Origin: Basidiobolus meristosporus CBS 931.73
Taxonomy: Eukaryota; Fungi; Basidiobolomycota
Assembly: GCA_002104905.1 (NCBI GenBank)
Contig: MCFE01000126.1
Span: 96,814 to 160,813 of the forward strand
DNA length: 64,000 nucleotides
Direction: 5' to 3'
The position numbers were made by a program, and so were the translations under genes. The notes beneath the pieces are model-generated. The model was not told the origin of the DNA and did not search any database. It saw only the letters and a program-made list of their open reading frames with translations. This document shows, piece by piece, positions 37,275-50,176 of the stretch. The stretch's first letter is position 1. Every line of letters begins with the position of its first letter.

Positions 37275-40200
37275 ATGACTGATAGTAGTAAGGTATTTGG
37301 GCGAGATTGGTTCGGCTCAGGAGTGGGTTATAAGTGTACTGATTTTCCTGCGTGTCTAGTCTCAGTGGTCACAGATCGTTCCCGATTCGGCCTCGGCTGG
37401 GGAGATATTGGCGATGGTGCAGATTTTCAACGACTGCTTTCGAGCAAGAACAGATGCTTGGAGTAAGAGGATGCTGATTGACCCCTTTGTTACCCCACGG
37501 AATCCATTAACGCGGTTTTTTGTAGACATCTTGCAAGGCTCCGAAGCAAAGTTTTCCTCCTTTTTTACACGCGTCCTTACGCTTGCCCTTCCAAAGCACA
37601 AGGGAGACGATATCGAGGTGCGCAAGGAGGCTTTGATCTTTCTCATAAACTGCTTTCAAAGTCTGGAGAATCCCACCATTAGAGCCGAATGCATGAGGTA
37701 GCCCTCCCTCAAAGTTAGTCTATCTCTCAAGGCCCATCTAATCACCAGCCAAACCCTACTTTGTAGAATCGCTTCGTTGTCGATCTGGAATTGCGTGGCT
37801 TCCCCTGTACGCCGTGAGGCGGAATTCAAATCGGTTCCTCAATTGAAGAAGTTCTGGAGACACCTGGAGAAGAAATTCAACGCCGCCGGTAAGAACTGAT
37901 CGGAGCTAGCTTCTGCTCGGGTGACAACTAACACCATGTTTTGGCAAAGATGATGCCACAAAGGAGCGTCTCAGTTTCGATAGGAAGTGGCTTTCGAACC
38001 TTTTGGCCGGGTTCGTAGATATCTTAGACTCCATCCCCGAAGAAGGGGAAGGTAAGCATCACCAAGGGCACTCCTCCATTCCCCTCGAGACGACTAATCC
38101 TGCTTTCAAGTCTCTATCCACTCCGTATCATACTGCGAGCGTTTCCTTGAGTTCCTGATTGATTTAGAAGCACAACTCCCAACCCGAAGATATTTCAATA
38201 CTCTTCTAGACGATCATAATATTGTGGTTTCGTGTACCCTTTCGGCATTAGCACATAGACCTGACTGGTACTTCATCCTCGATAACTTCCCTCCAAGTGA
38301 TGTGTGTACTAACGCGTAAATGGCCCATGTAGCACCCGATTCCAACAGCTGTTGAATATGCTCAAATTCTACTCACGATTCGAGATTAACGATCAAACAG
38401 GTTCGGCCTTGACGGATAGCGAGATGACCGACTTGCATTCCAAAAGACTGCTGGAGCTTCAGGTGCGCTTTTCCCCAATCCCCCCAATCTCCATGAACCC
38501 CTGCCAACATGTTGTTTTTGTAGCGAGTTGCCTTCTCCTCGTTCCAAAGCCAGCTGAGCCCCCTGGCCCTGGCGAACATTGGTGCCATCGAGCGTAGAGT
38601 GGACCTTGAAAGGCACTTTGACAAACTCTCCGACGAAGAGTTGATTCGTCTGTGCCAGATTCTTGGGCTCCGCACCCAAAAGGTGAACAAGGACGGCGAG
38701 AACGTTTCGCGGAAATTCCTGATAGAGATCCTTGTTTCGCGATACGAAAAGAGAACGAGTCAGATAGACGCAGTGAATGCCATGCCACTCTATCCCGATG
38801 AAAATCTCCTCTTCGACGAACATCTGGAACAGACGGAATCCTACACCGGAAATGAGGTGCTGCCCCTTCCCAAGCTGAACCTCCAATTTCTGACCATTCA
38901 CGACTACCTGCTACGCAACTTCAATCTGTTTCGTCTCGAGTCCGCCTACGAGATCCGACAAGATATCGAGGATGCCGTCAAAAGACTGGCCCCCAAATTA
39001 ATCTTCCCCGAGCGAACGACCGAATTCACTGGATGGGCCAGGATGGCTATTCCTATCGAGACATTCAGCATCGTGGATGTGGAAAAGCCTAATCTTGGGG
39101 AGAAGAAGCCGGCCAAGGTGGCGGCCGACGTGACGTTCAACATCAGTCGCTATACCCCCTCGATACGTGATGAATGGAGCTCTCTTCGTCAGCATGATAT
39201 CCTGTTCCTGCTGACATTGCAGGCAACCAAGGAGTCCCACGCAAAGTACGAGGCCGGGAAGTCGTTCAAGCAGCACTTCGGATTGAAATATGTTCGTGGC
39301 TGTGAGGTCTCGGCCATTCTTGGCCAAGACGGCAAACCGGTCGATGAGTTCATGGACCCAGAGGCCAAGCAGGAATTCTTGGAGGCGAAGACGCGTACAA
39401 TCCGTGTGATGCTGGACCCCAACCAGTACCAAGCAGACATCGACCGCTTCTCGGCCAAGAAGGGGGAGGATGTTCACGAAACGTTCAACGTATTGTTACG
39501 CCGGAATCCCAAAGAAAACAACTTCAAGGGGATCTTGGAGACGGTGCGTGATCTTATGCAAAGCGAGCTGGTCGTGCCTGACTGGTTGCACGACATCTTC
39601 CTGGGATACGGAGACCCTAGCAGCGCCCACTATACCAACATGCCCAACACCCCCAAATCCATTGATTTCCGAGACACGTTCCTCGACTATGCCCATGTCA
39701 AAGAGTCGTTCCAGGACAAGGAGGTTGTTCCTGCGGAGAATTTCGTTGAGCCTGTGTCTCCACCACACGTGATTGAATTCCCGCAGGCTCCACCGAAAAT
39801 CAAATCCGGCACCAAAAGAAAGGCGCCCGAGGAGAGCCAGCAGGTGGACGGCGACCAGAACAAGCTTGTTGTTAGCACGTACACCCTTCCTAACATGGGC
39901 CCCTACCCCTTCAACGTGCCGAATAAGAATCAGATTCGATTCACACCTTCTCAAGTGGAGGCCATCAAGGCAGGCACCAACCCTGGCTTGAGCCTGATTG
40001 TCGGCCCCCCGGGAACCGGCAAAACCGATGTTGCGGTCCAGATCATCGCCAATCTTTACCACAACTTCCCCAACCAACGTATCCTGCTGGTTACTCACAG
40101 CAACCAGGCGCTGAACCAGCTCTTCGAGAAGATCATTGCTCTCGATGTTGACGAGCGACACTTGCTTCGCCTGGGCCACGGTGAGGAAGAGCTGGACACG

Positions 40201-41694
40201 GAGGAGAGTTTTGGCAAATACGGAAGAGTCAACTCGTTCTTGGAGAAACGACTCAGCCTCCTAAGTGAGGTCGACCGCATGGCCAAGTCGCTCCAGCTTA
40301 CGGGGGATCACGGGTATACTTGCGAGACCGCCGGGTACTTCTATCTATATCACATCCTGTCCCGGTGGGAGCCATTCATTGATCGCATGCAGAGTCTTGA
40401 GGGCGATCAGGCACTGGTCCAGACCATTGTGGACGAGTTCCCGTTCACCATGTACTTCGCCAACGCCCCGCAGCCTTTGTTTCCCGAGGCGGCCACTTTT
40501 GAAGAGGCCCTGGAGATTGCCCAAGGGTGCTTCAGACACATCAAGAACCTATTCACACAACTAGAAGAGATCCGTGCTTTCGAGCTGCTTCGTACTGGCT
40601 ATGACCGTTCGAACTACCTGCTCACCAAAGAGGCCAAGATTATCGCCATGACATGCACACATGCGGCGCTGAAGCGTCGGGAGCTAGTCTCGCTCGGATT
40701 CAAGTACGACAACATCGTCATGGAGGAAGCGGCGCAAATCCTGGAGGTGGAGACGTTCATCCCCCTGCTCCTTCAGGACTCAGAAGAGGGGCGGTCGCGG
40801 TTGAAGCGGGTGATCATGATTGGTGATCACAACCAGTTACCGCCGGTGGTCCAAAACGTGGGATTCCAGCAGTACAGCAATATGGAGCAGAGTCTGTTCA
40901 CCAGATTTGTTAGGCTTGGGGTGCCCACGGTGGATCTGGATGCCCAAGGTCGTGCCAGGCCCTCCATCGCCGAGCTGTTCAACTGGAGATACAAGAAGCT
41001 CGGCAACCTCCCCATAGTTGCCCAGAAGCAGGAGTACCAGCTTGCCAACGCCGGCTTCACCTACGACTACCAACTGGTCAACGTCGATGCGTACGAAGGC
41101 TCCGGGGAAACGGAGCCCACCAAGTATTTCTATCAGAACCTGGGCGAGGCCGAGTACGCGGTGGCCATATTCCAGTACATGCGTCTGCTAGGCTACCCTG
41201 CCGAGAAGATCTCCATTCTGACCACCTACAACGGGCAGAAGGCGTTGATCGAGGATGTGTTGAGGGTGAGATGCTCGTGGAACCCCATGTTCGGCAAGCC
41301 AGCCAAGGTCAGCACAGTCGACAAGTACCAGGGCCAACAAAATGACTACGTGATCCTGTCCCTGGTTCGTACGAAATCCGTTGGACACATCAAGGACGTT
41401 CGACGCCTGATTGTGGCGATGTCTCGTGCCCGTCTCGGACTCTACGTCCTCTGCAGAAAATCGCTCTTCGAGAACTGCGAGCCGTTGGCCGAGGTGTTCA
41501 GCAAGTTCGCCCAGCGACCAGACAAGCTCAGCCTGGAAATCAACGAAAAGTGGCCCTCCGCACGCCCGCTGGAGGACACAGGCAAGCCGTTCCTGATCAA
41601 CGACGTTACCCACATGGGAGCGTATGTCCACCAAATGACTCAAGAGCAGGTGGAGCATGCGAAAAAGGCCGACCAAATGGACGAAACACAGTGA
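37275..41694 (+). CDS. AQR: Intron-binding spliceosomal helicase Aquarius (AQR/Cwf11), multi-exon
   Basis: [66 protein letters not shown]. The 5' exons are less certain. Confidence 0.95.
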
Positions 41695-41777
41695 ATTTCC
41701 TATCTTTTACTCAATAAATGTATATATAAGATACCCCGGTTTATATTATATTTTTATGTTCTCTACTATAATACAGC

Positions 41778-42836
41778 TCACTGTTCTATTCCAAATACGC
41801 AATCTCTAGCTTTGTGGCCAGGCTCCAGACAGTGATGACAGTGGTCATGGTCGAAGCGGCACACGTCCATCTTTCCGCATCCCTGGGCATCGTAATTGTG
41901 TGGTCTACAGATTGGCTCCCCGGAGGGTGAAAGACGGACTGGGTAGCGTAAAGGCTTACGGACAAAGTTCTCGGACCGAGCGCGCAAAAACCATGGCTCA
42001 GCCAATGGCGTATGAGGGTCGGCACATCCAAGTAAGAAGGAAGAAAACCACTCGGACGATACACGGCCTGCCATCTTGGCGCTGGCGGTGGGGGTAAGCT
42101 GAGGTAGGGCGAGGGCGAACAAGGCCTCGTTCTTCACAATGATGGTTTCTACTCGAGGTAATAGGAACTTCATCACCTTCACAACGCTTTCCACATCTCT
42201 GTTACCTCCGATATCTACAAACGCCACATTGATCTTGTGCTCCGATATGAGGGTTTGTACCCGCCCAGGATTATGAAGAACGTCCAGACACTCAAATATG
42301 CAGTGTGGAAAGCGTTTTCGAGACTCCACAAACAGGGTAGGTGAGGTTTCTAACCCAACAACCGTACCACAATGCTGAGACAATATGTCTGTGCATATAC
42401 CATATGAGGAGCCGATTTCTAATACATTGTCTGTTTGAAGGATTTGTGCGCGAGCCAGACGACGATACTCGGTAGTGTGCGGGCACAAGATAATGGTTGC
42501 CGGTGAGTTCGGGGCCGCTCTAGGAAATACAGGCGATAGCCGACAAGGATTCACCTGGTAAGTGGAGTCGTCAGAGTGATACCTAACCTGTACTCTATCC
42601 TGAGCCACTTGGTCTTCAGTAGAAGAGATCACGGTAGCGCGTCCAGTGTTCTTATCGGAACGCAACATGACAAAAACTTCGTCGCCTGGGCCGAAGGAAT
42701 AAGCAAGAGGGGAATCCTGGGTAGGGGCAGAGCCTGGATTCGGAGGAGAGAATAAAAATAAACTAGGGATAGGCTCATCTTGCGAAGCAGATGACGAATG
42801 GTCAGCGTTAGGAGCAACAGGCGGAGTAGAAGTCAT
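41778..42836 (-). CDS. SH3/KOW-like + SAM-dependent methyltransferase-like + C-terminal CCCH/CCHC zinc-finger protein
   Basis: Intronless ORF. VLEIGSSYG motif I, GLET motif II, VAFVDIGGNR. C-terminal C-x9-C-x5-C-x3-H then C-x2-C-x4-H-x4-C. First ATG at 42836. Confidence 0.65.
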   Translation of the reverse strand: MTSTPPVAPNADHSSSASQDEPIPSLFLFSPPNPGSAPTQDSPLAYSFGPGDEVFVMLRSDKNTGRATVISSTEDQVAQDRVQVRYHSDDSTYQVNPCRLSPVFPRAAPNSPATIILCPHTTEYRRLARAQILQTDNVLEIGSSYGICTDILSQHCGTVVGLETSPTLFVESRKRFPHCIFECLDVLHNPGRVQTLISEHKINVAFVDIGGNRDVESVVKVMKFLLPRVETIIVKNEALFALALPQLTPTASAKMAGRVSSEWFSSFLLGCADPHTPLAEPWFLRARSENFVRKPLRYPVRLSPSGEPICRPHNYDAQGCGKMDVCRFDHDHCHHCLEPGHKARDCVFGIEQ

Positions 42837-43730
42837 ACTGTATCTATTATTCCAAGTCGGAAAATGCTCCAAAATGAACTATAATATGTAGCAATATTTG
42901 AGCACTTTTTTTTACTAGCGAAAATCACAAATGCTCGAGGTGGTCCAAATTTATAGAAATCTCAAATCTTGTTGCTGTTAATTTGATCATTGTTCCAATC
43001 TTGATGTTCCCTTGTTCAGCAACTAGGATAATTACTAGAGGCACAACTAAATGCTGGTAAAGGAGGTAGGTATAGATTAAAACTATTTATATAAAAGGGG
43101 TCTCCCATATGCAGTATGGTTATATATTCTTGTTGATACTAGACAAGACCAAATACGGGATCTCTAGGATATAACTGTATTGAATCTACTCATTGCTACA
43201 TATACATATCTGGTCTGTAGAGGACTGTAGACTATCTGATTGCCAGGCTTCAGAGATTTTACTGCAGTGCAACTCCCAATATACAGTACTCAATGGCTTA
43301 GACTAGAAATAGCTGACTACCTTTTTCCTGAGAAATTCCTCTGATATGTTTGTGAGCGCCCATATTAGTATGAGGCTATTACACACTACTATAAACATTG
43401 CACCATTGATTGACTCATTTGTTGGGGAGTGATATGTCAGTTGGGAATACAAATAATTAGGCCTTGAAATATCTACAGTTTGCTAGCTTAGCACACAGTA
43501 ATATGCTGAAAGTAGAAATGAGAACCAGGAAGTTAATTGAAGTGCCTAGATGCATACATCTTGAGGATTCATTGGGTGGGGATATAGCACTTATACATCT
43601 CAGTACACTCAGGGAATAGAATGGTAAGAGCTCCTGGAATAAGGTCCCAGGAAGCTGTGTACAAAGATTGGGGTCCTTTGGACTAGATCCAAGATTCTGT
43701 AAATACTGTGCAAGATAAAATTCCAAGTAA

Positions 43731-44050
43731 CCCTCAGAAAAAAAATTAAGAAAAGGCTAGCAGAATACATTCAGAATATCAGCTGAATTCCAACTTTTGC
43801 AGAAGTGACAACTCTCAGTATTTGAGGTACTGGCTTCACAGCAAACAAGCAGACATCCGTTCCAGGGGCAGACTAGGCCAACTAGCATTCATACCAAATT
43901 TGGTAATCAGCTACTCATTACTTCCACCAAAAATTGCAACTGATAATTTGAAGAGAAACGCCAGCGAAATACTATCAGAATACCAGCTGAATACCAGCTG
44001 AATACCAGCTAAAAATCTAACGAATTCCAGCTTTGAGATATTTCATAGGG
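43731..44050. mobile_element. 320-bp CACTA-type MITE with 3-bp TSD TAA
   Basis: TAA-CCCTCAGAAAAA...ATTTCATAGGG-TAA, subterminal AATACCAGC repeats. Homologue of 17797-18116. Confidence 0.8.
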
Positions 44051-44393
44051 TAAATTAACATCAATTCATATTAAAATGCTATATCTAGGATATATGCACC
44101 ACTGGGTGCTAGACCAACTATTTACAACAGTTTACTGAACTCACCTTTTGGCCAACGGATTACTAAGACTAGCACTTCAGGAGGTATTGCCAAAAGTAAA
44201 GAACCAGTCTTTCTCCGGGCCATACAGTGAAAAGACGCTATATTTCGTATTACAACGGGTGACATCTTTCTAGTCCTGGACCATAACGGTTGAAATTTGC
44301 TTGAATCGAATCGAATATTTATTTCTAAAATGATCAGATACGCACGAGTTGATATTCATCCAGTAAATACCAATTTGGAATTAGCCGAGCTAA

Positions 44394-44933
44394 TTACTGG
44401 TGCCAGAGAAATGAGACCCCATTGCCGGTATAGAAGTTGCCGTAGGATGTGGTGTAGGTACCCCCTTGTCCATTGAACTTGTAGTTCCAGTTGCTTGTGT
44501 ATACGCTGCCGTCATTGTTGATGCGCTCCACCACCGCAACGTGGCCAGTCGAGCCGCAGCCCTGGTAGCCTGGCTGGATGACAATGATGGAGGGGACTCG
44601 TGGCTGACTGGACACCACCCACCCATTGACATTGCGAGCACTGGATGGCCAGGTGCGAGCATCGCCCCACCACTGGGTGTGCTGACAGGTCAGCTCGTAG
44701 TAGCGAGCGTCGGCCCAGTCGGTGCACTGGCCATTGTTGAATCGGAACTGGCGAGAGCACGAGGCCAGCACCGAGATGTTGGAGAGCTTGCTTGGTGTGC
44801 CAGACACCTCGGTTTGATTCAGCCGAGCAGAGTTGGAGGGCACGGCTTGAGTCGGTAGAGCCTCGGTTGATGTGGCCAGGAAGGCAGTGGCGGCAGCGAA
44901 TAGATAGGTCAGAGTGGAGGTCAACTTCACCAT
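44394..44933 (-). CDS. Secreted CHAP-domain protein (putative peptidoglycan amidase/endopeptidase), copy 1
   Basis: Hydrophobic signal peptide. NGQCTDWA (catalytic Cys), WWGDARTW, GHVAVVE (catalytic His). 179 aa, intronless. Confidence 0.88.
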   Translation of the reverse strand: MVKLTSTLTYLFAAATAFLATSTEALPTQAVPSNSARLNQTEVSGTPSKLSNISVLASCSRQFRFNNGQCTDWADARYYELTCQHTQWWGDARTWPSSARNVNGWVVSSQPRVPSIIVIQPGYQGCGSTGHVAVVERINNDGSVYTSNWNYKFNGQGGTYTTSYGNFYTGNGVSFLWHQ

Positions 44934-46378
44934 GTTTGTAAGTGTATCAGAATGAATTCTAAGTGATAAGTATCAACTGGGTGCGACTGGGTCTTTTATA
45001 GAATTCGCCTGATGAGTGGTATCGATGCTTCAGCCACTGTGATTGACATTGGGCCACTCCATCCAATAGTATAATGTGTTTGACCAGTTCCAACAAATCA
45101 TAACACGCCAAAGTCATTTAACCGGCTATGGATACATCAATTAAACAGCAACGGAGTCAGCATCCATACCAACTCCCACTTGGGTCCAGGCTAATCTGAA
45201 CATTCGTTCACACTCACATGGAATCAAGCGACCGCATTAAGTAATGACCGTGGTTGCATTCAAAAAGGAAGTGTTGATGTTCTTGGTGTGGTTTCCATAA
45301 AAGTTGAATTGTAATAAGTGGCCCACGCTTCACTCCACTCCATTGATATGCTCAGCTCAATTCGATCTTAGCATTCAATCCAATCGCGAGTCCGGATCTT
45401 AATCAATTGCTGGCATGTATCACAGTGCACTGGCAAATGATGACTCAAGGTAGGGTATTGTAGATAGAGATGCCCTTGTGTGGAGGAGCAACAAGAGGAT
45501 CCAATAGCTATTAGTAGGGTATATCAGGATGAATTCTATATGATATGCATCTATGGAGCGCGTCTTGAAAAGTGATTCGCACACAGGTTGCTATCAGTTT
45601 GACCCCGGCTAACAGTACTGATGTCATTACGTAAGATCATTTAGCCGGCTATAGCCTTAGCTACAACTTATCAACCAAGAAGAAATGGAATTGCTGTTCT
45701 ACCAACTTTCGCTTGGGTATAGGTTTATGTTCCCTCATCTGAATTCTCATTAGAATTTGCATGGAATTACCCATTAAGAAATGACCGTGGTTGCACTTAA
45801 CAAGGAAGTGTCGATGTTCTGGGTACGGTTTCCATATAAGGGGCTTAGTAGTAATCGGCCCACGTTTCGTTCCACGCTACCTCTGAACCAGTAAGCTTAC
45901 CCTTACAACCGATATGTACAGATCATTTCGATCTGGTATTCAATCCAATCGCGAGGCAGGATCTAAATTAATTACTAGCACGTATCACAGTACAATAGCA
46001 AATGATCTTTTAGGGTAGATTATTGAACAATACTCTCATATGGATCCAGAGTCATCGAACAGTAGCAACATGATCCAATACCCTTCCACAATGATTTCAC
46101 ATGTAGAGTTTATGGAAATAGACAAAGCTTACTGGCGTTTGGTTTCAGTAGCTTAATAATTGAAAGCATTTCTATTACTAGTGTTGAGGTTGGATGCTTT
46201 TAGGAAAGTGTATCATGTAGATATGAGGCTCGATCTCACTTAAAAGAAGCCCAGTGCGATTCCTATGATGACTATTTATTACCAAAATAAATATAAAATA
46301 ATCTAGAAGTGGATATTCATCCAGTAAATATCCTATCGAGCTGGTGTAAACTGGGTTTGTTGGCAGGGGCCAAAATAA

Positions 46379-46918
46379 TTATTGGTGCCAGAGGAATGAG
46401 ACACCATTACCAGTATAGAAGTTGCCATAAGAGGTGGTGTAGGTACCCCCTTGTCCATTGAACTTGTAGTTCCAGTTGCTTGTGTATACGCTGCCGTCAT
46501 TGTTGATGCGCTCCACCACCGCAACGTGGCCAGTCGAGCCGCAGCCCTGGTAGCCTGGCTGGATGACAATGATGGAGGGGACTCGTGGTTGACTGGACAC
46601 CACCCACCCATTGACATTGCGAGCACTGGATGGCCAGGTGCGAGCATCACCCCACCACTGGGTGTGCTGGCAGGTCAGCTCGTAGTAGCGAGCGTCGGCC
46701 CAGTCGGTGCACTGGCCATTGTTGAATCGGAACTGGCGAGAGCACGAGGCCAGCACCGAGATGTTGGAGAGCTTGCTTGGTGTGCCAGACACCTCGGTTT
46801 GATTCAACTGAGCTGAGTTGGAGGGCACGGCTTGAGTCGGTAGAGCCTCGGTTGAGGTGGCCAGGAAGGCAGTGGCGGCAACGAATAGATAGGTCAGAGT
46901 GGAGGTCAACTTCACCAT
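46379..46918 (-). CDS. Secreted CHAP-domain protein, copy 2
   Basis: Same motifs; near-identical to copy 1. Confidence 0.88.
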   Translation of the reverse strand: MVKLTSTLTYLFVAATAFLATSTEALPTQAVPSNSAQLNQTEVSGTPSKLSNISVLASCSRQFRFNNGQCTDWADARYYELTCQHTQWWGDARTWPSSARNVNGWVVSSQPRVPSIIVIQPGYQGCGSTGHVAVVERINNDGSVYTSNWNYKFNGQGGTYTTSYGNFYTGNGVSFLWHQ

Positions 46919-48191
46919 GTTTGTAAGTGTATCAGAATGAATTCTAAGTGGTGAGTATCAACCGGGTGCGTACTGGGTCTTATATAGAGTTCACCATTCT
47001 TTTAACCATTAAAATTGTTATCAGCTGGACTCTTGGCACCTGTTCCACTGATATAGCGTGTTTGACCAGCGCCAACAAATCAAAGCACGCACAGGTCTTT
47101 TGGCCGGCTATAGATGCATCAAAAAGTCACTAACCAAACAGTAATAGTGTCAGTGTCCATACTAACTCCCGCTTGGATGATATTCTCTCATCTGGATTTC
47201 CATCTGCATTCAAAAAGAGTGTTGACACCATTTCCATAAAAGTCGATGTGTAATAAGTGGCCGAAGTTTTGTTCCATTTAATCTCTGTACCAGTGCGCTT
47301 ACCCTTCCAACCGCTATTTTCCGTTCATCTCGATCACACTATCCAATGGCAAGTCCAGATCGAAATCAAGTCCTGGCAAATGATTGCTCAAGGCAAAGTA
47401 TTGATGAATATCGGTCTAGAGTCATTGAGGAATAGCTATAGAATCAAATTGCCTCCCAAAATGGTTTCATTGGGTCAGTGAAGCATGGAGTTTGAGCGAA
47501 ACCACGCTAAGCCCGCTGGTGCTCAGTTATCGTAGTTACATTCGTTTATGTATGACCAATCACGTTGCCAAGAGAAAAAAAACTGAAAGGTTTGATGACT
47601 ATAGGAATGTATTCATTGAAAATGTGCGCTTTTACTTCGTTAAAACACTCTAAACAACAAGGAAACTAAAACATGATGATCCTTGATTTATTGAACATCA
47701 CCCACCAATTGATCTTGTGAGAAATTAATAACCTTGATTGTTCTCTTGATGTATTCTGATCTGCTCAAGTTACCAGCTTGTAATGAGCAGAAGTGCGAAG
47801 CTGATAAAACATGAAATCATCGCAATTGTATAAGTATTGCCGTTGGCTTGAAATATGGTTGCTAGGACTGTGATCGAAAGAGAATCTTTACTCTTGACAA
47901 CATATGTGGCTGGGCTCTAGTTATTGCTGTTCCTTCATTCCCAAATTACAAGAGTTAACTGTTTTGAGGATGGAATATTTTCACTCATTGTGGCTTTCAA
48001 TGATTAGAATTAGAGACGATGGCACAATATTTAGAATAGAGAAATTTCTGACATAAAATTTATTGAATTTAATAAGCGAGAAACAAGGCAGCTTCAATTT
48101 CATTATAGTAGCAATAGCATCCACATTTCTAAAGTGAATATCTGTCCGGCAAATATCCAGTTTACCCATTCAACTTATAAGGTCATAGCAT

Positions 48192-48731
48192 TCATTGATG
48201 CCAGAGGAAAGAAACTCCGTTACCGGTATAGAAGTTGCCATAAGAGGTGGTGTAGGTACCCCCTTGTCCATTGAACTTGTAGTTCCAGTTGCTTGTGTAT
48301 ACGCTACCGTCATTGTTGATGCGCTCCACCACCGCAACGTGGCCAGTCGAGCCGCAGCCCTGGTAGCCTGGCTGGATGACAATGATGGAGGGGACTCGTG
48401 GTTGACTGGACACCACCCACCCATTGACATTGCGAGCACTGGATGGCCAGGTGCGAGCATCACCCCACCACTGGGTGTGCTGGCAGGTCAGCTCGTAGTA
48501 GCGAGCGTCGGCCCAGTCGGTGCACTGGCCATTGTTGAATCGGAACTGGCGAGAGCACGAGGCCAGCACCGAGATGTTGGAGAGCTTGCTTGGTGTGCCA
48601 GACACCTCGGTTTGATTCAGCTGAGCAGAGTTGGAGGGCACGGCTTGAGTCGGTAGAGCCTCGGTTGAGGTGGCCAGGAAGGCGGTGGCGGCAACGAATA
48701 GATAGGTCAGAGTGGAGGTCAACTTCACCAT
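48192..48731 (-). CDS. Secreted CHAP-domain protein, copy 3
   Basis: Same motifs; protein identical to copy 2 in the ORF track. Confidence 0.88.
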   Translation of the reverse strand: MVKLTSTLTYLFVAATAFLATSTEALPTQAVPSNSAQLNQTEVSGTPSKLSNISVLASCSRQFRFNNGQCTDWADARYYELTCQHTQWWGDARTWPSSARNVNGWVVSSQPRVPSIIVIQPGYQGCGSTGHVAVVERINNDGSVYTSNWNYKFNGQGGTYTTSYGNFYTGNGVSFLWHQ

Positions 48732-49636
48732 GTTTGTAAGTGTATCAGAATGAATTCTAAGTGATAAGTATCAACTGGGTGCGACTGGGTCTTTTATAGA
48801 GTTGGCCGGATGGGTCTAGCATTGCTTACATACTGCTTTATCCACTGAAATTGTTATTAGATTAACTCAAAGCGTTCCGATCCAATGGTATGGCATGTTT
48901 GACCAGCTATAAAAAATCATTACGAGCAATCCAATTAGCCAGCTATGGATACCGCTACAAGAAATCAAGTAAACTGTAACGGAGCTAGCTACCATGTTAA
49001 CTCCCACTTGGATTTGGCCCAATCTTCTCACATTTGAATTTGCATGGAATCCAGTGACCGCATTAGGAAATGACCGTGGTTACATTAAAAAAGGAAGTAT
49101 CGACGTTCTTGATACGATTTCCAAAAAAGTCAATTTGTAATAAGTGACCCACATTTCGTTCCATTCTCTCTCTGAGTGATTGAGCTTACTCTTACAACCG
49201 ATAAGCCCAGTCTGTTTCGATCTAAGTGTTCAATCCAATCGCAAGTCTGGATCTTAATCAATAGTTGGCATGTGCTACGGTTAAATGGCGAATAATATTT
49301 CAAGGTAGAGTATTACCGAATGACATGCTCTCATATAGCTCTAGAGTCATCGAAGGGGAATACTAAGACCCATGAGCTTCTCAGTATTTCCATTGGTCAA
49401 GAATTATGTGGTAGACTTGTGGAGTTTGTACGAAAAATACACAAAACCCAGATTGTATATTCATAACCATGAGTCTATTGAAAATGCGGGATGCTCAAAT
49501 AAGTCAACTAGTACTGTTTTTAATGATGTTTTTTATTGCCAGAATCAATGTGAAATACTCTAAAAGTGGATATTCATCCAGTAAATATCCTATCGAGCTG
49601 GCCTTGGTTGGCTTTTGTCGGCAGAAACCAAAACAA

Positions 49637-50176
49637 TTACTGATACCAGAGGAAAGAAACCCCATTACCGGTATAGAAGTTGCCATAAGAGGTGGTGTAG
49701 GTACCCCCTTGTCCATTGAACTTGTAGTTCCAGTTGCTTGTGTATACGCTGCCATCATTGTTGATGCGCTCCACCACCGCAACGTGGCCAGTCGAGCCGC
49801 AGCCCTGGTAGCCTGGCTGGATGACAATGATGGAGGGGACTCGTGGCTGACTGGACACCACCCACCCATTGATATTGCGAGCACTGGATGGCCAGGTGCG
49901 CGCATCGCCCCACCACTGGGTGTGCTGGCAGGTCAGCTCGTAGTAGCGAGCGTCGGCCCAGTCGGTGCACTGGCCATTGTTGAATCGGAACTGGCGAGAG
50001 CACGAGGCCAGCACCGAGATGTTGGAGAGCTTGCTTGGTGTGCCAGACACCTCGGTTTGATTCAGCTGAGCAGAGTTGGAGGGCACGGCTTGAGTCGGTA
50101 GAGCCTCGGTTGAGGTCGCCAGGAAGGCAGTGGCGGCAGCGAATAGATAGGTCAGAGTGGAGGTCAACTTCACCAT
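49637..50176 (-). CDS. Secreted CHAP-domain protein, copy 4
   Basis: Same motifs; ends FLWYQ. Confidence 0.88.
   Translation of the reverse strand: MVKLTSTLTYLFAAATAFLATSTEALPTQAVPSNSAQLNQTEVSGTPSKLSNISVLASCSRQFRFNNGQCTDWADARYYELTCQHTQWWGDARTWPSSARNINGWVVSSQPRVPSIIVIQPGYQGCGSTGHVAVVERINNDGSVYTSNWNYKFNGQGGTYTTSYGNFYTGNGVSFLWYQ

Noticed and set aside
49469-50101. Plus-strand ORFs over the CHAP genes
   Set aside because: Antisense shadows repeated with each copy.
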